Shown: one piece after another, positions 1 to 10,461 of the stretch
How the letters are laid out: every line of letters starts with the position of its first letter
Position numbering within the stretch: the first letter of the stretch is position 1
Assembly: GCF_018977255.1 (NCBI RefSeq)
Contig: NW_024704742.1
Coordinates: 57,786,001 to 57,850,000, forward strand
Length of the DNA stretch: 64,000 nucleotides
Origin: Callorhinchus milii
Taxonomy: Eukaryota
Reading direction: 5' to 3'
The notes under the pieces: model-generated
Seen by the model: only the letters and a program-made list of their open reading frames with translations
Told to the model about the DNA's origin: nothing
Database searches by the model: none
Translations under genes and position numbers: made by a program

Positions 1-3000
1 AGGAGGGAGCAAGGCCGTGAATGGCCTTGTAGGTGAGGATGAGGATCTTGAAATCAATCCTCTGGGGGATGGGGAGCCAGTGGAGGCGAGCGAGGGTGGG
101 AGTGATGTGGTCCCGAAGCCTGGTGCGGGACAGTACACGAGCTGCAGAGTTCTGAATGACCTGCAGCTTGTGGAGGGAGGTGGCGGGAAGGCCGGCGAGG
201 AGAGAGTTCCCATAGTCCAGCCTTGAGGTGACAAAGGCGTGAACCAGGGTTTCAGCAGCGTGAGGGGTGAGGTAGTGCCGTAATCTGGCGATATTCCGGA
301 GGTGATGGAAGGCGGTGCCAGTTGTGGTGCGGATGTGAGGGAGAAAGGACAGCTCAGGGTCGAACAAAACGCCGAGGTTCCTGACTGGCTTTGAGAGGTG
401 GAGAGTGCAGCCTTGGATGCTGATGGTGTCAGCGCCTGAGGTGCGGAGGCGCTGACGTGAGCCAATCAGGAGGGCCTCGGTTTTTCGCACGTTGAGCTGA
501 AGAAAGTTGTCTCTCGTCCAGGACTCGATGTCGGACAGGCAGGCTGTCAGGACATCGGTGGTCGTGGAGTTGAGAGTAGAGGAGGAAAGGTAGAGTTGGG
601 TGTCATCCGCATACATGTGGAAGTTAACCCCATGTTTGCGGATGATGTCACCAAGGGGGAGCATATAGAGGGTGAAGAGGAGGGGACCGAGGACAGAGCC
701 CTGAGGGACACCACATGAGACAGTACGGGGGGTGGAGGAGAAGCCATTCGTTGAGACGAAGTGAAGACGGTGGAAAGGTAAGAGCTAAACCATTCAAGGA
801 CAGTGCCTTGAAGGTTGAGGTGGGAGGACAAGCGGTGGAGTAGGATAGCGTGGTCGACCGTATCGAATGCTGCCGATAGGTCGAGGAGGACGAGGAGACA
901 GAGGGAGCCCTGGTCACAGATGGTCAGGATATCATTGGTGACCTTGACCAGGGCAGTTTCTGTGCTATGAGCAGCACGGAAACCTGACTGAAGGGGTTCA
1001 AAAAGAGAATGGGTGGAGAGGAAAGAGCGCAGTTGGGAGGCGACAACTCTTTCCAAGACCTTGGAGAGAAAGGGGAGGTTGGAGATGGGCCGGTAGCTTG
1101 ATAGCTGCGACGCATCAAGGGAGGGTTTTTTCAGGGTGGGCGTGATGATGGCAGTTTTTAATGGAATGGGGACAGAGCCAGAGGAGAGGGACAGGTTTAT
1201 GATGTCAGTGATGTGTGGGGCAAGAAAATGGAGCTGGGAGATAAGGAGTGGAGTGGGGATGGGGTCAAGGGAGCAGGTGGTTGGTTTTAGGGATAGGATG
1301 AGTTCAGTGACAGAGGGTGGGGAAACGGGTACGAAGGTGTGTAGGGGAGGATGGGTAGGAGTCGGAGTGTGGGAGGGAAGGGGTGGGTGGTGGGTGGAAG
1401 TTGGAGGGGAAGTGACCGCGGAGCGGATTCCCTTGATCTTGGATTCAAGGAAATCCAGCATCTCCTCGCAGTGAAGGTTGGAGGAGATGACCTGCGCGGG
1501 GTGGCGGGGGGGACGGAGGAGTCGGGATGTGGTGGAAAACAGTAGCCTGGGGTTGTTCTTCGCCTCCAGGATTATCCTGGAGTAGAAGGACGACTTGGCC
1601 GAGGCTAGAGTGGAGCGGTAAATTTTGAGGAGGTCCAGCCAGATTTGTCGGTGGACCGTTAAGCCGGATTTGACAAAGGTGCGCTCAGCAGCCCGCACCT
1701 GGCATTTCAGTGAGCGGAGGTGGGTGGTGTACCAGGGGGAGGAGCGGGAGTAGGAGACAGTGCGGGAAGTGATGGGGGCAAGAGTATCGAGTGTGGAGGA
1801 GAGGATATTGTGGAGGAGGGAGAGAGGAGAAGAGGGGTCGGTGAGGGTTGAAGGCCAGAGGGAGAGGAGTTCAGAGGACTCCAAGGCATCGGTTAGGGAT
1901 TGTGGGGGTAACTTCTTCCAAGGGCGGTAGAAGATGGTGGTGGGTCTGGTGGAGGTGGGGAGGGGGGTGGAGGTGGTGAAGGAGATGAAGTAGTGGTCGG
2001 AGATGGCCTTGTCGGTAATAGTGACATCCGAGACACTGAGGCCCCGGGTGATCACCAAATCGAGTGGGTGGCCGTGACTGTGAGTGGGGGAGTTTATGTG
2101 TAGGGAAAGGTTGAGTGAGGAGAGCAGGGAAGAGAAGTCTGTGGAGATGGAGCAGGAGGGGGTGAAGTGTAGGTTAAAGTCGCCCAGGATGATGAGGCGA
2201 TCAGAGCAGAGGCAAAGAGATGTGAGGAGTGTTGAAATGTCAGAGATGAAGGTGGGAGAGGTTTTAGGGGGCCGGTAGAGGAGGAGGATTTTAAGGGAGA
2301 GGAATGAGGGGTGGGAGAGGGTGAGGTGCTCGAAGGAGGGGAAAGAGCCAGTGGAGTAGGGGGATAGGGCAAGTGGTGTCCTTGAGATAAGGGCAACACC
2401 ACCGCCACGGCGGTTGGGGCGGGGGATGTGGTGGGAGGTGTAGCCGGGTGGCGTGGCCTCCGTGAGGGGGAAGGTGTCGCCTGGGGTGAGCCACGTTTCT
2501 GTCAAGGCCATGATATCAACGTTCTCATCAAGGATGAGATCGTTGATGACCAGGGCCTTGTTGCAGAGGGAGCGGACATTTTGCAGTCCGATGTGGAGGG
2601 AGCGGTTGACAGAAGGGTGTGTGGGAGGGGAGGGGGGTCCAGGTTGTGAGGCAGGGGTGGGGGAGATGGGGATGAGGGAGGAGAGGTTGACTCCCCGGGT
2701 CTGTGTCCGGGGTGGCTGGCGAGAGTGGTGGGGAATGGGGCAGTCGGTGTGGCTGCTGCTGGACAGCCAACGCCGAGTGCCACGGTGAGCCCGGCGGAGG
2801 ATTCCCAGGCTGGAGCAGAGGGAGGTTGTGGGAGGGTCAAGTGGGGATAGAAGACGAGAGGGACGGAGAGAGAGGAGGAGAGAGCGGGAGAGATGCAGAG
2901 GGGGGAGGGTTTGGGGGGAGAGAGGAGGGGGGAGGGAGGGAGGGGGTGAGGGGGCTCGGGTCAAAGCGGCAGCCATAGTGCGCACGCGGGGACCGGGAGC

Positions 3001-3383
3001 GAGCGGTCAGGTGGATGGCATTATCCCGCAGATTGGGGCATCGAACCCAACAGGACCATAGTGGGCTCTGATGTGAGCCCTGGGGGGGGGGGGGGCGCAG
3101 AGGTTTTTTTTTTTTTTTTTTTTGTGCGCGCGCACTCACCTGAAAACTAATCTATGACGTCGCAGTTCCCCCGCTCCGCCCCCACACCTCCCTCCCCTCG
3201 CTGCCTAGCTGCACTCGCTCCGGCGTCGAGTTTAAGTACCTGGGTCAGTAGGCCCAGGCTCCTCCCCGCGCTGTCCTGCTGCCGCTCCCCGACTGGCTGC
3301 ACTCGCTCCGGCGTCGAGTTTAAGTACCTGGGTCAGTAGGCCCAGGCTCCTCCCCGCGCTGTCCTGCTGCCGCTCCCCGACTG
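1..3383 (-). mobile_element. Near-intact L2-clade LINE with complete 5' end (copy A), single APE-RT ORF; the 3' end lies outside the window
   Basis: ORF 547-2985 has APE motifs (QNVRSL, LTETWL, ILGDFN, HPLDLVI, ISDHY) and RT motifs ([24 protein letters not shown]). After one 1-nt frameshift near 775 the frame continues through [14 protein letters not shown] and LHWLP to position 1. GC-rich 5' UTR; no ORF1. Confidence 0.93.
3208..3383 (-). repeat. Perfect 88-bp tandem repeat (2 units) at the 5' end of L2 copy A
   Basis: 3208-3295 is identical to 3296-3383. Confidence 0.95.
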
Positions 3384-3392
3384 TAGACTGCC

Positions 3393-3850
3393 GCTCCTCC
3401 ACAAGCTGTAGATCATCCAGAACTCTATAGCTCATGTCCTCTCCATGACCCCACCATGCTACGTGCTCCTCGTCCTCGCCTCCAAGGCCCTCCACTGCCT
3501 TGCTTCTTCCTACCTCTGCAACTTGCTAACCCAAATCAACCTGTCCGCTTCCTCCGGTCAGCAGGCTCCGGCCTCCTCACGTCCCCCGCCGGGCCTGCTC
3601 CACCATCGGCGGTCGGGCCTTCAGCCTCTCTGCTCTCACCCTTTGGAACTCCATCCCACATTCCCTTTGCTTCGCTCCCTCCCTTGCCTCCTTCAAGGCG
3701 CATCTCAAGACCCTCCTCTTCGACCGTGTCTTCGGCCACTTTCCTATCCTCCATCCACCCTTATCCCAATTCTCTGCTCGGGTCCAAATCCCTGATGTCC
3801 TCCCTACGTAAAGGTCCTATACAAATGTAATTTTGTATTATATTGTATTA
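3393..3850 (+). mobile_element. L2 3' fragment, degraded
   Basis: Begins at KL.IIQNS-like sequence; ends in a decayed L2 tail and a (TATTG)-like repeat. Confidence 0.75.
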
Positions 3851-5709
3851 GATGTGTATGATAGCAGCTTCATTTCTCTTCTGTCTCTTGCCTATGGGAA
3901 GTCCCAGCCTCCATTCAGCAGCTAACTGTTGTGACTCCAAAAGTCCATTAGAGTGGCGTATTGAACCTGTCGTAAAATATACTGTTTTAGCTCCATCAAA
4001 ACATCCACAGATTTCAAGCTCACTGCAATTTGGCTGTGGACATGTCCTGATATCTAACTGAAAATTATTCCCTGATAGCCTTAAATATCAAGCTGAACCT
4101 CTTACTTCTCTCAGTCTTCGAAACAAGAACAATCAAAAGAGATTGAATAAATACGGAGAAAAAAAATGCAAATGTGTATGGGGAAATAGCAGAAGAATGG
4201 GATTGGTTGGCTTCAGTGACTAAGTTGGAACCAATACAAACTCAATGGTACGAATGGCTTCCTTCTGTGTTGCAATCGTAATGATTCTATAATTCCCTCA
4301 CTATTACCTTCATCCTATCATCTGCAAACTTCTAAAACCCAAGGTGGAAATCATCAAACAAATATTCTTGATTTTGTTTAATCTTCTCTCTTATATTCAA
4401 GCTTATTAAATGCGATTGTAGGAAACTCAAAAGTTAGTCCGATAGAAAGAGAAATAAATTGCATATTTATAGATTGAAATATCTGAAAGCACTTTGCAGT
4501 ACCAATTGTGATTTGTGTTTCAAATAAACTCTGCATCGACTTTGTGCATAGCCAGGTCTCACAAACACTATTAAATAGCTCATTGTACAATAATAAATAT
4601 TATGTGCATTTGGGGTAGTGCCTTGTCAGTTGAAATGTCTCAAGGTGCTTTAGAAAGATTTCTTCAAATTTGTGAGAGAAATCTATTTATTTTCCTGCAA
4701 CAAAATTGTAGATATTTGTAGGGTATAGCAATCGACCTTAAGTTTGTATCTGTTTTTGATACAACATTACAATACAGAGAAGAACAGTTCATGAGCAACA
4801 TAAATAGGTCAGCAATTACATTTTACTATTTGTCTCCATTGATGATACATCCATGATTTTCTTAGTTTAGCAAAGTTCACAGGTTGGTAAATTTGCTGAC
4901 ATTGGGAGAGAAAATGTGTTTTATTTCTTGAAATCCAGACCTATTCAATCTCTAAAGTCTGTAGGTTTACCGACAATTTTTCTAAAAAATAGAAAACATG
5001 TAGTCCCAGCAGTTATCTTATTGCTGACCTATGGTCTTGAGCACTATGTCTACAACCATTATGAGTCAACATAAGAAGTTAGTTGCATTGTAGTAATTAA
5101 TCATCTTGAACCGTACAATGTCTTTCAGCAGCTGAGTATATTGAATCAATTTCAAAGAAGTACAAGACTGTTATGTAATTGAGAGCACCAGTATTTATTT
5201 TCTTTAAACAATATTTACATTTTCAATTGAAAAACATGCAATTAGTTTAAAAATCTTGCAGTATACATTAATATTAAACAAGTAAAAATAATATTTTTAT
5301 AATTTTCCTGAGTTAAGGTGGTACTTTGTGCATTAACCTCAACAGGGCAGCCGTCATTGCCTTTCTGTCAATCATTTAATGGATTCAAAATAGCCAGTTA
5401 TTGGATTCACATTGACCAAACTCAGTTCACTTGTGATCCACACAATTTCTGAAGAAAATAAATTTTCATTTAATTTTGCCTTTTGTTTTTTTCATTTAAC
5501 CAGTCAGGTTTAAGTTCAAACTCGAATTTTGTGTTGAACCCACTGTAGCATGTCATTTCTCTTGGACGACTAGCAATTTATAAAATAATTATTAACGTTA
5601 ACCTTCTCTAATATTTATTATCTTTTTTCAATTGCACTTTATGGTAAAATACTCTGTGACAAACATAGTCAGACGCAGAATAACATTCCAGTAACTCTAC
5701 TTCAGGATC

Positions 5710-6515
5710 ATACCTCAGCAAGATCGAGGCCCTCCTGATTGGCTCGCTCTAGCGCCTCAGGCACTGGCAGCATCAGCATCCACAGATGCGCACTGCACCT
5801 CACCAACCAGTTAGGAACCTGGACATCTTGTTTGATGCTCAACTGTCCTTTCTCCCCCATATCCATGCCATGATCCTCTCTGCCTTCCCCCATCTCGACT
5901 CTGTCACTGCCTCAACCCTCAGGCCGCCAAAACATGCATTCATCACCTCAAGGCTCCACTACGGAAACTCCCTCCTTGTCGGCCTCTCCAACTCTTCCCT
6001 CCAAAAGCTGCAGATCATCCAGAACTCTGCAGTTTGTGTCCTCTCCTGCACCAGGCTCCGTGATCCTATCATCCCCACCTTCCCCCGGCTCCACTTCCCT
6101 CAGAGGATAGAGTTCAAAATCCTCGTCCTCACTTTCAAGGCCTTCCACAGCCTTGCCCCTCCTACTTCTCTGACCTGCTGAACCCCTATCAACCTGTCCA
6201 CTCCCTCCATTCTTCAGGCTCCGACCTGCTCCATGTCTCCCACCTGACCCGCCCTACCATCGGCGGATGGGCTTTCAGCCTTTCTTCCCCCACTTTTTGG
6301 AACTCCATCCCACAATCCCTTTGCCTTGCTCCCTCCCTTGCCTCCTTCAAGATCATCCTTTTCAACCATGCCTTCAGCTGCACTCCTAACCTCTCTGCCC
6401 ACCCTCACCCCAACCTTGTGCCCCCACGCTTGGGTCCTGATCTCCAACTGTTCAACGCTTTGTGTTGTCCTCCCAATGTGAAAGGCAATTTACACATGTA
6501 ATTTTGTTGTTGATA
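5710..6515 (+). mobile_element. L2 3' fragment
   Basis: PVRNLDILFDAQLSFLPHI...KLQIIQNSA...QRIEFKILVLTFKA; tail ends in ttgttgttg. Confidence 0.85.
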
Positions 6516-7124
6516 TTGTGTTCATATTATCTGAATTCAAAAGGAAGATCAAATTATTTTATTCTTCATTCTTAAGTTGAATTATTAAAAAAATCATTGT
6601 TCAAGTTATAATAATGAAAATAATAAACTATTTTATATGTTTTGCAACAAAATACACAGTCAGTCCACTTTACAGCATATCCTTTGAAGCATCTTGAGAC
6701 GCCTTGGTGATGTAATAAGGCGCTATATCAAATGCAAGGTTTATTATTATTAATAATAAATTATTCTCCAATGTGCCTTAATTCAAACAATTGAGGCTCA
6801 GTTTGCCTTTCTCAAAGATTTAGCCCTAGGGACCAATCTATTGTGTAAAATTTTGCAATACAAAATAAATCAGTCTTAATTTGGAAGTCAGTTTTCTACA
6901 ATAAAACCATCTTAAAAAATTAAGCTTGAATTTAAGAATTTGTCAAAATTCTATGCAAACTTTAATTCTTAACTTGAATTTAATTCAGATTGAAATAGAA
7001 TGTAATGTAACATGAATTATGAATGCAAAAAAACTAAATGTAATGAAAATTAATATTCACCAAAGGATAATATTGTAGGATTTCTTGTTGTTGAGAACAT
7101 ACGTATATCTGTATTTGATATAAC

Positions 7125-8002
7125 TGCTTATCACATCCTCAAAGCGTCTCAAAGCACTTCACAAGAATTTGTTGTGACGTGTAGTGTCTGCATATTTATA
7201 GGTGAATGATGCAGTCAATATGCACACAGCAATGCCCTACAAACAGCATGAAGTAAATAATCAATTTTATTAGGGAGATTGTTGGCTAGGAGATAGGGAG
7301 AAACTCCTTTCTCTTTTCGAGACAAGTCATGGGATCTTTAACGTCCATCTGAACAGGCAGATGGGACATCGGTTCAACATCTCATCTTTAGGGTGTCACC
7401 TCCAACAATGCAGTACTGCACTCGTGTCAGCATAGACTACAACAACAACAACAAGATTCCATTTATAGAGCGCCTTTCACATCGGGAGGACGTCCCAAGG
7501 CGCTGTACAGTTGGATCAGGACCCGAGCAGGGGGGAAATGGTCAGGGTGAGGGGAGGGAAGGGAGGGAGCGAGGAGAGGGTAGAGAGTCGAGAGGGGAGC
7601 TGAAGGCACGGTCAAAGAGAAAGGTCTTGAGACCGGCCTTGAAGGAGGAAAGGGAGGAGGCGGCGAAGGCACTGGGGGATGGACTTCCAGAGCCTCGGGG
7701 CTGAGAGGCTGAAGGCCCGGCCACCGATGGTAGGGCGGTTGGGGCGGGGGATGTGGAGCAGACCGGAGCCAGAGGAACGGAGGGTACGGGCAGGTAGGTA
7801 GGGGGATAGTCGGTCGGAGAGGTAGGAGGGAGCAAGGCCGTGAATGGCCTTGTAGGTGAGGATGACGATCTTGAATTCGAGGTGAGGATGAGGATCTTAA
7901 TTAACATTAGTCCTTAGTCCATAACCCTTCATCACAACATTCGGTTTGAATTTGAATTCTGAATCAGAGGTGAGATTGCAACCATTTGAAACAAACTGAC
8001 AC
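7125..8002 (-). mobile_element. DeuSINE/SacSINE1-like SINE, interrupted by an L2 insertion at 7440-7897
   Basis: 7125-7439 resembles the Deu domain and tail (catgggatcttta...cacctccaacaatgcagtact). A head remnant lies at about 7905-8002. Family assigned from memory of the consensus. Confidence 0.6.
7440..7897 (-). mobile_element. Young 5'-truncated L2 (same family as copies A-C)
   Basis: Closely matches the reverse complement of 52225-52666; intact AGCGCCTT/AAGGCGCT stem-loop and (TTG)n tail. Confidence 0.9.
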
Positions 8003-8336
8003 TTAAAATATTAAGTATTGAATGGAAAAAAAGACATTTGCCACAAGCTAACTCCTTTTACATGCAACCAAACCTACCCAATTATAACTCTCATCCAACC
8101 AACTCTATCTCCCAGAAACACTTTATAGTTATATTCCTTGAAAACCCAAATTAATTAAGTAAAAAAAACCTTCACAATATTCATTCATACCATCACCACA
8201 ATATTCATTCATTGCATTACATCCATGGGCAACATTCCATTGAACTTCCAAGTCCAGCTGCAGCAGACCAACATGCCTTATAAAATAAAATACCTTGAAA
8301 TAATTGTTCACATTTTTCTGCATGAATTCAGATATT

Positions 8337-8668
8337 GTGGAGTCCTGTAGCTCAGTAGTTAGAGCACTCGCTTTGCAAGTGAGAGACCTGAGTTCAATTC
8401 CAGGCAGAGGGCGAAACCTTGGGCAAGTTTCCTTACTCCACACAGAGCCTAATAATAATCCCTCCAAAACCAAAAACAATAATAAATTGGTCATTTTCAA
8501 TCTATGACTGTTTTTAGGACATTGCTGTGTGCAATTGACTGCCGCGTTCGCCCACAAATATACAGTCAATTGACTTAACAGTGTGTTCTGTGAAGCGCTT
8601 TGGGACGTCCTCCCGACGTGAAAAGCGCTATATCAAATGCAAGGATTATTATTATTATTATTATTATT
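8337..8668 (+). mobile_element. tRNA-Ala-derived SINE, short form
   Basis: A box tagctcagtagttag, B box agttcaattcc, L2-like 3' stem-loop, (TTA)n tail. Confidence 0.9.
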
Positions 8669-8954
8669 CTGCAATGCTATTAGGATCACAATTCTATTCT
8701 ATTTTGAGGGAATTCATTGATCAAGTATCCACTAACCCTTTATTCTTTATAAAAATGCTAATTTCTACTCTTGTTTGAAGTGTTTTTAATTCTTTTTAAA
8801 GCTTTGCCTATAATTCTGCTCTCACAGTTAAAGTGGAAGTTTTGTGTCAGTCACAAACAATCTAAATATCTTTTTCACAATGTTTCAACTTTTGAATTAT
8901 AGTTTCCGACAGCAAATATTTATTCTTTTGTACATATTTGATTATTTGATTTTC

Positions 8955-9905
8955 ATCAACGACATGCATTTATGAGGCACCGCTCACGCAGGGTTGCATC
9001 CCAGAGCATTGACAGTGGTGGAGCATGACTCCGAGCTGGGGAGAGGGGAGGTGAAGTAGGCATGGTCGAATAATAAGGTCTTCAAGCATGATCTGAAGAT
9101 GGGGAAGGAAGGGGCAAGGCAGAGGAATAGAGGAAGAATGTTCCAGAGTTTCAGGGCGTAGTGGCTGGAAGTGTGGCCACGAATGGTGGAATGGAGGGCA
9201 CGGAAGTTACATGCAGAAGGCTGGAGCCAGTTGAGCAGAGGCAGCGGGTTGTGGGTTGGGCGGTAAGCTGGTTGGAGAGGTAGGGAGGTGTCAGGGCATG
9301 AAAGGATTTTGAAACGAGTATGAGAATCTTGAAATCAATCCATTTGGCAATAGGGAGGCAATGGAGCTTGGCTGGGACTGGTGTGATGCGGGTATCGGTG
9401 AGTATGGGTCAGTATGCAGGCAACGGAGTCTTGGATCAGTTGGATCCTGTGCATGGTGGAGCAGGGGAGACCAGCAAAGAGGGCATTTGGGAAATTGAGT
9501 CAGGGGGTGATGAATGCACGGACAAGTGTTCCGGCTGCATCCAGGGTATGGTACGGTCGGAGACAGGCAATGTGGTGGAGGTGGAAGATGGCGATCCTGG
9601 TCAGGGACTGGATGTGAGAAAGGAAGCACAGCTGTGTGTCGAACCTGATGCCAAGGTTGTGCAGTGGTTCGGTATGTCTGAAGGATATGCCGGGGAGACT
9701 AAGGAGGTCAGAGTTGCAGAATAGAAGATGTTGACGGGAGTCAATGAGTATGGCTTGGGTCTTGTCAACATTGAGTTGTAGGAAGTTTTTGCTCGTTCAG
9801 GCCCTGATGTCCACCAGACAAGCAGAGACAACATTGGCGGACCTGGAGTCGCAGCTGGAGGAGAAGTAGATTTGTGTGTCATCCGCATACATATGGAAGT
9901 TTACC
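8955..9905 (-). mobile_element. L2 3' fragment, older subfamily
   Basis: Reverse complement encodes [11 protein letters not shown] through the 3' UTR. Confidence 0.8.
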
Positions 9906-10178
9906 ATTTTTTGCCATTTGTGTGCAATTTATGAAACAAAATTCCTTATATATCTCTAATATTTTATGGATATCATTGCACGTTTTGTTAAATACATTCT
10001 AGATAGTCTGAAGTAGTGATTTGAAAGATGGGACATCTTTCCGACGTGAAAGATGCTATACAAGCATAATCTGTTGTTGTTGATTGGTTTTCAGTTGAAT
10101 ATTATTGTACATGTAGTTAAGATTTTAAAACTTTTTACTTGAATTTTATGGTTAAGCCACTTGCTTTGTTCGCATTTC

Positions 10179-10397
10179 TTAACACTTTGCAGAACATCTA
10201 CTTGAAGGATAGGCTGAGGAGATCAGAGCTGCAGGATAGAAGATGTTGACGGGAGCCAATGAGTATGGCTTCCGTCTTGTCAACACTGAGTTGTAGGAAT
10301 TTGTAGGTTGTTCATCTACTTGAAGTTCAGAATTGTTACTTTTTAGTTTCTCATAGTTGTCTGGGATGGTGATGATAGTTCTCATCTCCGTTTCCAA
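10179..10397 (-). CDS. Candidate alternative terminal exon containing an L2 fragment
   Basis: Strong acceptor ttttatcttttgtttgttacag, then the phase-0 frame LETEMRTIITIPDNYEKL...SRCSAKC*. Confidence 0.3.
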   Translation of the reverse strand: METEMRTIITIPDNYEKLKSNNSELQVDEQPTNSYNSVLTRRKPYSLAPVNIFYPAALISSAYPSSRCSAKC

Positions 10398-10461
10398 CTG
10401 TAACAAACAAAAGATAAAAACAACAACAAATTACATTTGTATAGCGCCTTTCACATTGCAA

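Noticed and set aside
1136..2978. Many 60-130 aa ORFs antisense or frame-shifted to the L2 ORF, recurring in copies B and C
   Set aside because: Expected from the stop-poor skewed composition and from copy similarity; no independent sign of coding function.
3015..3082. HDV-like, hammerhead or twister ribozyme in the L2 5' UTR (GCTAATGCCAT in copy B; GGGCTC/GAGCCC hairpin; ctgatg on the + strand)
   Set aside because: I could not build the nested P1/P3/P1.1 pseudoknot. Copy A has GATAAT where the catalytic C would be. No CTGANGA/GAAA core is present. An Infernal search would settle it.
3208..3383. CRISPR-like array
   Set aside because: Two abutting identical units with no spacers, in a vertebrate LINE UTR.
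3848..4057. 70-codon minus-strand frame after an AG (LDIRTCPQPNC...AIIHI*) as another terminal exon
   Set aside because: Weak pyrimidine tract, no recognisable homology, and the opposite strand is open as well; chance is a sufficient explanation.
8129..8569. 146-aa ORF with a signal-peptide-like stretch
   Set aside because: About half is antisense SINE sequence and the rest has no recognisable domain. The 16-bp duplication near 8173-8212 is a simple local repeat.
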